Shown in pieces: positions 11,561 through 21,830 of a stretch of 39,910 bases of DNA. Source of the DNA: Cyanophora paradoxa CCMP329 (lineage: Eukaryota > Plantae > Glaucophyta); NCBI GenBank assembly GCA_004431415.1, contig QPMI01000364.1, positions 1 through 39,910 on the forward strand. Reading direction: 5' to 3'. Within the stretch, counting starts at the first letter, position 1; each line of letters begins with the position of its first letter. The position numbers were made by a program, and so were the translations under genes. The notes beneath the pieces were generated by a model. The model saw nothing but the letters and a program-made list of their open reading frames with translations, was not told the origin of the DNA and did not search any database.

Positions 11561-13625
11561 ATGGACACGAGCGAGCAGCAGCGAGGCCGGAATCTCCGCA
11601 AGCGCACAACACAGCAAGCCCAGCAAGCCGACGACAGGTCGAAGTCGGGAGGCCGCTCCCAATCCCGGCCGCGCGGGCGGCCCGCCGGCGCCCGGTCGGG
11701 CTCTAGCTCGCGGGAGCGCAGCACATCGCGCGGAAGGGGTCGTGCGGCAATGCGGAAGAAGGGCGACTCCGACGATGCGGCGCTCGCGGGTGCGCGCCCC
11801 CCATCCTCCCCACGCCGCGTGCTGATGTCAGTCCGCCTCGCAGAGGAAGTTCAGCGACTCCGAGAGCAGCAGCGAATCGCCCGGCAGAACGTGAACATGC
11901 TGCGCTCGCCCGTCAAGACGCTGTACATCTTTTGCCTGGTGATTCTGACGAAGCTGCGGCACCTTATGTCATTCCTTCGTCTGCATCTTGTGCTCCTGTT
12001 CCTGTCGGTCTTCTTCCTCGGCTGCTTCGCGCTCATCCTGACCATGCCCGGCAAGCACGAGGCCGTGCGCGCCACCCGGCCATCCCTCGTTCGTGCGCGG
12101 GGCGAGCGGCACCACAGATGGTCGAGCAGGCGGTCGAGTTCATAAAGCTAGTCATCTGGTGGGTGGGCCTCGGCGTTCTGTCCTCCATCGGGCTTGGTTC
12201 GTGCCGGCGCCCTGTGGCCGCTCGCGGCGAGCGCTGACTGGCCCTGCAGGCACGGGCCTGCACACTTTTGTGCTATACCTCGGCCCCTACATCGCCCAAT
12301 ATACTCTCGCCGCGACGGAGTGCAACACGACGGCCCTTCTGCGCGCCAAGGACGGGTCGTTCGCGTGCCCGTCGGAGGCGGTGGCGAGCGCGTCGCCCGT
12401 TAGCCTCTGGGCGATCCTGCGGAGCGTGCAGCTTGAGGCCTTCCTGTGGGGCGCCGGCACCGCCATCGGCGAGCTCCCGCCCTACTTCGTCGCCCGGGCC
12501 GGTGCCCCGCCCCGCCGCCCTCCTCCCTGGGCGCCACCGAGATGCCCCCCTTGCGGCAGCGCGACTGTCCGGGGACAAGCTGGAGGAGCTGGAGGCCCTC
12601 GGGCTCGACGAGCCCGCCGGGCAGCGCAAGAACGACGCCAAGGCCCGCCCGCCCGCCCCGCTCCCCGCCTGCGCCGTCCGAGGGCGCGCCGACAGGTGCC
12701 CACTTTGGAGCGCCTGAAGCGGCGCGTGTACCAGGGCCTCCAGTCCTTCGGCTTCCTCGGCATCCTGCTCTTCGCCTCCGTGCGCGCTCCCGCCGCCCCC
12801 GCCGCCGCCCCTCACGTCCGCCGGCAGATCCCGAACCCCCTCTTCGACCTCGCCGGGCTCATGTGCGGGCACTTCCTCATCCCATTCTACAAGGTCGGGG
12901 CCCCCTGGCCCGCGGGCAGGCGGCAGGCCTCGCTCATGCCGCGCAGTTCTTCGGCGCCACGTTCATTGGGAAGGCTGTCATCAAAGTCTCCATCCAGGCC
13001 CGCCCCCGCCCCCGCCCCCGCCCCCGCACCCGCCCCCGCACCCGCCCCGGCCGCCGCCGGCGCGTCCGACGCGGCCCCGCGCAGTCGATCTTCGTGATCA
13101 CGGTGTTCAGCCAGAACCACCTGCAGGCCCTCGCGAGCGCCGTCGAGTTCTGCCTCCCCTTCCTCTCCGGCACCTTCACCGCCTGGCTCGAGGCCCGCCC
13201 CCCGAACGGCCCCGGCCCGCCTCGCCGCCTCGGCCGACCGCCGCGCAGAACGAGAAGAAGCGGCTGCACGAGACGTACATCAACAAGGGGGCCGGCGAGG
13301 CGGCCGGGGCGGAGCCGAAGCGGGAGAACCCGATCAAGGCCCTCTGGGAGGTCTTCATCGCCCTCATGGTCGCCTTCTTCCTCCTCAGGTGCGCGCCGCA
13401 CCGCCCCGGCGCCCCGCCGGCCTGAGCCCCGCCGCCAGCATCGTGAACAGCACGGTGCAACACCATCTCGCCAACCAGGACGAGCTCGAGGTGCAGAAGC
13501 TCATGCGGAGGCGCAAGAACGCGGACGAGGCGCCCGTCGCCGGCCCCTCGGCCTCCGCCGGCGTCGGCGACCTGCTCGGCAGCGTTATCGTCGACCACCG
13601 CGCCAACCCCGAGAAGCGGCAGTGA
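11561..13625 (+). CDS. VMP1: Vacuole membrane protein 1 (VMP1/KMS1, DedA-family scramblase)
   Basis: WWVGLGVLSSIGLG|TGLHTFVLYLGPYIA, LWGAGTAIGELPPYFVARA, GFLGILLFAS|IPNPLFDLAGLMCGHFLIPF and FFGATFIGKAVIK. Ten introns, with GC donors at 12643, 12998 and 13193. The start could instead be the ATG at 11750. Confidence 0.95.
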
Positions 13626-13769
13626 CGTCTACCTCGTTTCATGTTGACCCTTTCCGCCGCGTTTCGTCTGTCGTGCATACCGTGTGTCGAATCGAGCGCT
13701 CAGGCCCGCTGGGGTGCGAAGTTGCAGCATCGCATCTTGGATGCTGGCGCCATGCCATATGCCGAGTAC

Positions 13770-14213
13770 TAAAGCTATAGCTACTATATATAGCTAGGCT
13801 AGTCGCAGTGCACGTACGTATACGCGTGTGAGCAGCTCTGATCGTGAACTAGCTCCGGATCCGCGGCGGGGATTCCGCGCGTCGCGATCGATATCCGTGA
13901 ACTAGATCCGTGAACGCGCGCGATCGATATCGCGACGTCCGCGCGCGCGCGGCCGGCCCGGCGGCGCGGCGCGCGCCGGCGCGCGCGGGCTGGGCGCCGC
14001 GCGCGCGCGGCCTCAGCTGCAGCGCCGGCGGGCTCGAGCGCTCAGCGGCTAGCGCTCAGCGGCTAGCCTAGTAGCCTAGTACTAGCTAGCGCTATAGTAG
14101 CGCTTGCGCTAGCGCGAGCGCGAGCGCACGAGCGCCGGATCGCCGGCGCCGGCGCCGGCGCCGTCACGTCGACGTACGCGTCGGCCGCGGCGCCGGCGCC
14201 GGCGCGGACGTCG
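13770..14213. repeat. Palindrome-chain tract, left part (abuts the TIR element)
   Basis: agctatagct, gtgcacgtacgtatac, gatcgatatc, (GC)n runs, cagctgcag, ctagtactag and (GGCGCC)n. Confidence 0.85.
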
Positions 14214-15778
14214 CACAGCGCTTCAAAGTCCTTTTTTTCGTCCGGAAACGACTTGGCTTATTCCCCCCCAAAGGGGGTACAACTTGGGCTTTAGCGCTTG
14301 CCTTGCGCTGCCGGCACGGCGAACGCAATCTCCACGCCATCGCCTCCCGCTCTGGCAGCGAGTAGTATTGTCTAGATAACATCGATTGGGCGGGTCCTAG
14401 CCGCCCGAGGTCGCCCGGATCGCCCGCCCGCCCAGGAATCGGCAGCTGAGGCCGGCGGCGCATCGGACGTATCTACCGACCAGCCGGCATGACAAGCACT
14501 CTTTCCGGACGTAGTACATCACTTCCGGGCGCTTCACGCGCGCCCGGCAGCCCGGCAGCGCATCTCGGGCGCGGAAGCCAGGAGCGACTTTCGGATCTTT
14601 GGGCGCAGCTCACCCGCAGGTGTCTTTCTGGGCTTCTTGATGCATATCCATCCACTAGCTGCGATCTGAGCCGCCCGCGCAGCATCTGCGTGTTGGGACG
14701 GAGGGGTGCCTCCCGGCGGTCCTACGCCTGCACCACCAACGCGGCGCCGCTCACCCTGTATGCGTTCGAGGGCTCTCTTATCCATGTGCGTACCTTCTCC
14801 AGCGGTCGTGGCTCGGTTCCGCTCACGGGAAGCGGTCGCGCGCCCCAGATCAGTTGGCCCCCATCGCGTTTCGGTTGCGCCTCGCTCTTCTCCGACGCCA
14901 GGTTGCTCTAGCGGTACGCCACCACTTCGAAATACATGTTTACTATCCGCGTGCAAGCTCTGACCCGCCGGAACGCAGCGGGTGGCGCGCCCGGCCTCGC
15001 CGCGCCAAGGGGGGTGGTTCGCGGACCGGCGACCTGGAAACTGAGCCCCGCCGCCCGGAAGTGCATGCTTCTCTTTCTATATGTTAGATGTTAACTATGC
15101 GCGCTGCCCCCCGGCCCAGGCGCTTCGCTCCGCGCCGCTGACTGTGCACCACCAGTTAGAGACCTGCAGCCAGTTCACAACCACGGCGCCCACGGCGTGT
15201 CTTGGTGCGCTTTTACGGTATGAAACCACTTCATTGTCGACATAAGCTGGCTAAACTGCCGGGATGCAGCGAGCGCCGCCGGAATGGCCAGGATGACCAC
15301 CATTGCACCTCCGCGCCTTGCTATCCTGGTGCGCTCGCCGGCCGCCTGTTGCAGTTTCCGGCTTTGCTGATCGATGCGCACGTAGGCCGCTCGCTGTCGA
15401 GTGCGGCGAGGGTCCACGGCTGGGGCTGTGGTCTACACTGCTAGAGCCTGACCAAGAAGGAAGGACCAAAAGTAGCCCGGCCGCCGCCGCTCTCAAGCGG
15501 AATCAGCGGCTCTTGTTATGTTCTGCAAACGGTTGCATGCGTTAGAGTAGCAGTGCTCGGGAAGTTTGAACGCGGACCTACTTTTGACCCGTTCCAAAGC
15601 TGGTAGTGGGCGGGCTGGGACGCGCATGCAACCGTTTGCTCAGCGCATCGATCTGAGACGATTGCAGTCGCCAGCGCTCGCGCGAGATGCGTCGGTGGTC
15701 CTCCCACAGTTTGTGTGGGGGTACCAGTCTTTTTTTCCTGGTCAAGCCGACTTTTTTTCGGGACTTTGAAGCGCTGTG
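14214..15778. mobile_element. Putative non-autonomous DNA transposon with CAC...GTG termini (CMC superfamily: EnSpm/CACTA- or Chapaev-like)
   Basis: Perfect 18-bp TIRs: cacagcgcttcaaagtcc (14214-14231) and ggactttgaagcgctgtg (15761-15778). Flanked by the 3-bp direct repeat TCG (14211-14213 and 15779-15781). The interior differs in composition from the palindromic flanks. No recognisable transposase. Confidence 0.75.
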
Positions 15779-16090
15779 TCGCGATCGATAGCGCCGCGGC
15801 CACGCCGCGCCCCGGCCGCGGGCCGCATGCGCATATATGCGCATGCGCAGCCGGCCGCGCGCGCGCGCGGCCGCGGCGCCGAGCGCGCCGCGGCCCGGCC
15901 CGGCCGCCGGGCCCGCGCGCGCGCGCGCGCGGCCCGCGGCCGCCGGCGCCGGCGCCGCGCCGGCGCCGGTCCGACGGTCCCCGGCCCGGCCGGCCGCGCG
16001 GCGCAGTATAGCTATAGTACTATCGCTAGCGCGCTGCGCTAGCTAGAGTATAGGCTGTATACGTATAGCTGCGCATGCGCATGCGCCGGT
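15779..16090. repeat. Palindrome-chain tract, right part (continuation of 13770-14213)
   Basis: tcgcgatcgat, gcatgcgcatatatgcgcatgc, (GC)n, ggccggcc, tatagctatagtactatcgctagcgcg and (GCGCAT)n. Confidence 0.85.
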
Positions 16091-16320
16091 GAGGCTGCAC
16101 AAAAAAACGTTTAGGTCGCCAGAAGAAAAATGCTGGGTCACGCGAGAGCTTCCTCGAAACTATCAAAAAAGCAAAATGTTCGGACGCGGCCTGTGACGTG
16201 TCGAAAAAAGTCGTTTTTCGTCCCAAGTTTGAAAGTTGGTGCAGGTCGACTTGCCGCGCTCACCGCCGAGCTGCACACACCCTCGCACCTCGTACTCTTA
16301 CCTCTCTCTCTCGTATCACA

Positions 16321-16881
16321 ATGGCGGACAAGGCGACTGAGAAGCCCAAGGCGGCGAAGGGTGGCCGTGGCAAGGAGAAGAAGGGCAAGGCGGTCAGCCG
16401 CTCGACCAAGGCCGGCCTTCAGTTCCCTGGTTCGTAGGCAGCTATCGCAGCAGCAGGATAGTTGCACTTGCAGCGCGCTTACATCTCGGTGCGCAGTCGG
16501 TCGTCTGGCGTCGCTCCTCAAGAAGGGCCGCTATGCCTCGCGCATTGGTGCCGGTGCCCCGGTGTACCTGGCGGCCGTGCTCGAGTACATGTGCGCCGAG
16601 ATTCTTGAGCTCGCCGGCAACGCCGCCCGCGACAACAAGAAGACTCGCATCATCCCGCGCCACATCCAGCTCGCGTGCGTCCAGCTCACTTGCTTTCCGC
16701 CATGCACTGCTCTGAGCTCAAGATGGCTCTGCGCAGGATCCGCAATGACGAGGAGCTGAACAAGCTCCTTGCCAATGTGACCATCGCCAGCGGTGGTGTT
16801 CTCCCGAACATCCACGCGGTGCTCCTGCCCAAGAAGACCGGCGACGGCAAGGGCAAGAAGGGCGAGTCTTCGGCCGAGTAA
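16321..16881 (+). CDS. H2A: Histone H2A (two introns: 16430-16496, 16675-16736)
   Basis: [11 protein letters not shown]|[60 protein letters not shown]|[33 protein letters not shown]. The tail ends GESSAE, with no SQ motif. Confidence 0.98.
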
Positions 16882-16905
16882 ATCTCGTTGCCGCTCCTAC
16901 CATAC

Positions 16906-16921
16906 GGTGTCTTTTGACACC
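16906..16921 (+). promoter_or_regulatory. Histone mRNA 3' stem-loop (6-bp stem, 4-nt loop)
   Basis: GGTGTC-TTTT-GACACC lies 24 nt after the H2A stop and is preceded by A/C-rich ACCATAC. Geometry and GG...CC base match the SLBP-binding element. Confidence 0.75.
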
Positions 16922-17389
16922 TCTTTTTCTTCGGATCCCAAAGCGGTCGTCTGTGGTACGCTAGCTAGGCAGCTTGGGGCGGTATACCATCTTCGTAGCA
17001 CAGATCTCGTAAATTCGTCGCTAGGTAGTAGTGCGCATGTGCGTAGTGCAGCAGCTTATTCCTAGGCGCAGTAATCAGGTTCCTGCGGTATTCCGGAACT
17101 GGCAGTGTAAGCTTCTTGAGACCCCTTGCCTCAAGCGAGAGCTTGCGAGCTAGCCAGTCGTCGCATGCGCCTCTTGCTTGAGAAGCTAATCCCGCGCACT
17201 TCACGCGGCATGATGTGAGCTGCTAGCTGGAACATCTGTCATGGCGCAGTTGCAAACCGAACAGAAACAGGGGACACGCACAAATTAGTGCACGCAGCTA
17301 GCTGGCGGAAGCTGCGGCACAGGACCGGGCGAGGGCTATGCACGCAAGATGAGATCAGAGCTGAAGGGATCGCACGCAAGATGAGATCA

Positions 17390-17669
17390 GGGGCGTGCGC
17401 GGGGCCGGCCTGCGTGGGGACGCAGGGCGAGGAGGTCTGCCCCGCCTTCCGCTTCAAGGGCCTCTACGGGGCTCTCTCCCGCCAGATCAGCCCCGCCCTC
17501 ATCGCCTGCGGCCACGACCACCTCAACGACTGGTGCGCCCCGGGGCCCGCCCCCGAGGCCGCCCCGGGCGCCCCCCCGCCCCTGCTCTGCTACGGCCGCT
17601 CCACGGGCTTCGACAGCTACAGCATATCCAGGCCCTGCTCGCGGCGAGGCCGTCAGCGCGAGCGAGTGC
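17390..17669 (+). pseudogene. Chimeric copy of two local gene fragments (phosphatase exon 1945-1714 joined to 990-941)
   Basis: 17390-17621 is the near-identical reverse complement of 1714-1945. 17620-17669 matches the reverse complement of 941-990 at 48/50. The junction overlaps by 2 nt (CA). Confidence 0.9.
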
Positions 17670-17815
17670 GCATGCCAGCGGTACCGACGCAGCTAGCTCT
17701 TGCGTTGTCCGCAGCTAGCGTGCATGTGTTATCAATGCGCAGAAGGGATCGCTCCATGAAACCAAGCCGCGCCCGGGTATAGTGTCCAAAGCCGCGCACG
17801 AAGGGCGCAGTCACC

Positions 17816-20800
17816 ATGAACGGCCGAGCGCACGACGGCGCGGTGGCCGTCCAGCGGCCCGCGTTCCTCGCCCGGGTCTTGCCCGCATTGAGCAGAAAGA
17901 AGCTGCAGTGGGAGCCGGACAGCGCGGATGGACCGGCGCACGCGCACGACGAGCTCCATGCGAGCATGCCGAAAGTGCTTAATTGGTTCGGTGCGTCGCG
18001 CTTGCTCGACCTCCGTGGCCGCCGGCGCCGTCGCGGCTCACACGAGCGCAGATCTGATGTGTTTCGGCATGTGCGACCGAGCTATCTGATTGATCTACAC
18101 CGCGCTAGCGCATGCTGTCCTTCGCGCCGGCACCTGACGCCCCTTCACAGAGGCGGGATAATCGGTGCCGGGGTCTACATCCTCAGCGGGAAGGTGGCTG
18201 CGCAGGTGCGCATGCGACCGCACCGCGCCGCGCCGCGCTCGCGGATGCGATCCGCCTGACCGACTGCCGCAGACGGCGGGGCCGTCGGTCGTCGTGCGCT
18301 CCGCAGCTTAGCTTTGAGCGTGCCCTGCAGCTGGGTCCTGACCTCTGATCAGATCTCTTTCATCTTTGCTGGAGTGTTTTGTATCTTCTCCGGACTCTGG
18401 TCCGCTGTCCCCCTGTCTGCCGCAGTGCGGCCTGCATGCCACTCACGCAGGGGCGCAGCTGTGCGCCGTCCGGGCCCGGGGTCCCGCTCGCCGCCCTACA
18501 GCGTGCGGCGCCCAACGGCTCGCTCGCCTCCACGCAGACGCTGAGTTCGGATCACGTGCGGCCGGGTCCAAGGGCAGCGCCGGCAGCGCGTACAGCTACG
18601 CATACCTCAGCCTGGGGGAGTTCCCCGCCTGGATCATCGGGTGCGCGCCCGCAGCGCCGCCCCTCCGCTCCTCTTTCAATCCACGGGCTCGCCGCGCAGC
18701 TGGGATCTCGTGCTGGAGTCCGCTGCCGAGCCGCCAGCGCGCCGCGCAGCTGCCGCCCTCACCGCAGGCCGCGCAGATACACGGTCGGAACCGCTGCCAT
18801 CGCGAAGGGTGCGCAGTCTCAGTCCCTGCCCTCACGCCCACGACCTGAAGTGCTCCGCAGGCTGGTCGTACTACTTCTGGTGACCCCACGCCCCCACGCC
18901 GTCCCCGGACCCACCTGACGCCCTCGCCAAAGCGATTTCATTGACGCGCTGGGAGCAAATCTTCCGAAGTGGTTACAAGAAGGTCGCTCCGCCCTCGGAC
19001 CCGCCCCCTCGGCACTGCTTTCTTGACGGATCTGCGACCGCTCGGCAGGTGCCGCGATCGGGGACGCGAAGTACTGGAACGCGAACCTGCTCGCCGCGCT
19101 GCTCATCCTCGTGCGCCGCGCCGCGCCCACCGCGGACCTCCCGCGCGGCCGACCGGGGTTTGGGCGCAGGCGCTGACGGGCATCCTTTGCTTCGGGATCA
19201 AAGAGTCGGCGTGGTTCTCGAACGTCATCGTCTGCACAAAGGCCAGCCGCGCACCGGTCGCCGGCGGCTGCCGGCGCGCACTGAGCGTCGCGCAGATCGT
19301 GACGCTGCTCATCGTCGTGGGCGCCGGCATGGGCCTCGTGAGGCGGGAAAACTATGAGCCCTTTGTGCCTCCGGAATTCGGCTGGATGGGCGCCTGGAAT
19401 GTGCGCGCCGTGGCGTCTTTTTGGATCATTCCTTTCTGGCGCCCTCGCCGGTCCTTATTCTTACATTGCCTCTTAGGGAGCCGCAACCGTCTTCTTCGCC
19501 TACATCGGGTTCGATTCGGTCTCCGTACGCTTCACCAGACCAAACTAAAGCACGACGTGCTAACTAAGCCCAAAAAAAGGTCGTCGCCGAGGAGGCCAAG
19601 CGGCCCTCCCGCGGTGCGCCCCCCCCCCCCCACACACCACCATCGGGCGCCCGACGGCGAGCCGGTCCCGCAGACATCCCGCTTGGCATCATGGGGTCGC
19701 TCGTGCGCCCGCGCCCCTGCCGGCCGCCGCGCACCGCCTGGGGTGCCGACCCCCGGGGCAGCTGATCTGCACGGTGCTGTACGTGGTGGTGGTGCTCACC
19801 CTCGTGGGGATGGTCAAGTACAGCGCCATCGACACGCGCGCGCCCCTCGTCGCCGTCTTCCGCGTCCGCCGCCCCCACCGCCCGCCCCGCCCCTCCGGCC
19901 CGCCCCGGCGCCCCGGGGGGCCGGCGCTGACGGGGCGTGCAGGCGCACGGGATGAAGTGGGCGCAGCTGGTGGTGGGGGTGGGGGCCATCTCGGGCCTCA
20001 CGAGCACGTGCCTGAGCACCATGATGCCCCAGTCCCGCATCTTCCTCGCCATGGCCCGCGACGGCCTCCTCCCCCCCGTCTTCGGCAAGGCCAGCGCCCC
20101 GCCCCTCCTCCCTCCTCCCCTCTCCTCCCTTTTTGGCCCTGCTCCGCCCCCCCCCCCCCCCCCCCCTCTCACCCCCACACACACCCCACACACACACCCC
20201 ACCCCCCTCCCCAGGCCCTGCTCCGCGCCACCCCACCCTGCCCCACCCCGCCCCCTCCGCCCCGCCCCGCCCCGCCCCGCCCCGCCCCGCCGCCCCGAGT
20301 CGCCGGGCCGACGGGGGCGGCAGGTGAACCGGCGGACGGGGGCGCCGGTGCACGGGACGCTGATCGTCGGAGGCTTGTGCGCGGCCATCGCCGGCCTCGT
20401 CGAGATGAACATCCTCGCCGACGTCTGCCCTGCCCCGCCCCGCCCCGCCGACTCTTCTGATGGAGCCCCAGGCGGTCTCCATCGGGACCCTCTTCGCCTT
20501 CAGGCGCGCCAGCCGCCAACCCGTCCCCGCAGCCCGCCCGCTCCCACTTTCTCATCCTCGTCTAATCCTCATCGTCTGCAGCGTCGTCTGCACCGGCATC
20601 CTCATCCTCCGCTACCAGGCCCGCCCCTGCCGCCCCCCCACAGCGCCGCGGGGCGCGAGGGGCGGGGCAGGGGCCGGGGCGGGAGGGCGGGGGCGTGCTG
20701 GGCGACGCCCTCTTCCTCTACGCCGCCCTCCTCGTCTTCTGCTTCACGGCCGGCAACCCCGACTGCCCCCTCGCCCTCCGCGTCGCCCTCGGGTCCCGCC

Positions 20801-21830
20801 CCCGCCCTCCAGCCCGTCGTCGCCCCCGCCCACGGCGCCCCCGAACCGGCCGCGCAGCCTCCTCTCGGGGGGCGCCTCGCTGTGGACGACGGTGCGCATC
20901 TGGCGCAAGGAGCAGGCCCCCGTCCCCGCCAAGTTCGTCTGGTGAGCTGCCCGCCCCGCGCGACGCCCCCGGGCAGCCGCGGGGGTGACGGCGGGCAGCC
21001 CGCTGGTGCCGCTGGTGCCGATCCTGGGGATGCTGGGGAACGTGTACCTGATGACGCGCGTCGGGGGCGAGGCCTGGGTCCGCCTCGTCATCTGGTTCCT
21101 CCTCGGTGCCCCCGCCCGCCCCCGGACACCGCACCCCCGGGGCCCTCAACCTCCGCAGGCCTCCTCGTCTACTTCGGCTACGCGGTGCAGCACTCGAAGC
21201 TCGCCGCGGGGCCGGCCCCCGCCCCACTCCGCGAGCTCCCCGGCGTCACGCCCGATGGCGATGAGGCCCTCTCGCCCCCCAAGGCCCCCGCCGAGGCGAA
21301 GGACGACGACGACGACGAAGCGCAAGGAAGCGGCGCGCCCCGGGCCCCCCTCGCCGCCCCCGGCGGGGCCGGGCGCGCCCTCCCGTCGCCGGCTGCGGGG
21401 GCCGCCGGGAGGGGGGAGGCGCACGCGGTGCCGCGGGCGCACGGCGTGGAGCGCGGCAGCAGCGGGAGCGGCAGCTCCGCGCGCTCCCGGGGGGGCGACT
21501 TCGAGCTGGCGCACGCGTCCAGCCTCCACCTGCGGTGCGCGCGCCCGCGCCCTGCAGGCGTCCCGCCCTTGCTAGCGCTCGCAGCTTACACCCCAGACGA
21601 GCAGGACCGCGGGCCCCACCCCCCCGTCCCTCGTCGACGTCACGCAGCTCGACGCGGCCGGACACGCCCACTCCGCCAGCGCCGCACCGGGATCCCCCTC
21701 GGGCCCTGCCGCCGGCGCAGCGTCGGCGTCGGCGTCGCTAGCACTGCCGGCGGCAGGCCTCGCGGGCGCCGGTGCCCCTCAGACGCATGGCGCCGGCCAG
21801 CCGCAGGAGTACAACCCCTTCCTCGGCTAG
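17816..21830 (+). CDS. Cationic amino-acid transporter (APC/CAT, SLC7-like), >20 exons including micro-exons; 3' end approximate
   Basis: Spliced motifs DLMCFGI|GGIIGAGVYILSG, AGPSVV|ISF, GLC|YAEFGSR, GSAYSYAY.SLGE, IGWDLVLEY, FFAYIGFDSV, AEEAKRP, PQSRIFLAMARDGLLP, SIGTLFAF, CPLVPLVP and VYFGYAVQHS. Confidence 0.92.

Noticed and set aside
14214-15778. Calling the TIR element a RAG-like or Transib transposon
   Set aside because: The TSD is 3 bp rather than 5 bp, the nonamer similarity is weak, and no RAG1/Transib coding sequence is visible.
19505-19520. GGTTCGATTC, resembling a tRNA T-loop or B-box
   Set aside because: It lies in the transporter exon encoding IGFDS.
20140-20300. Poly-C, (CA)-rich and (CCCCG)n run suggesting a telomere-like repeat
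   Set aside because: It is a low-complexity expansion inside a transporter intron with no constant telomeric unit.
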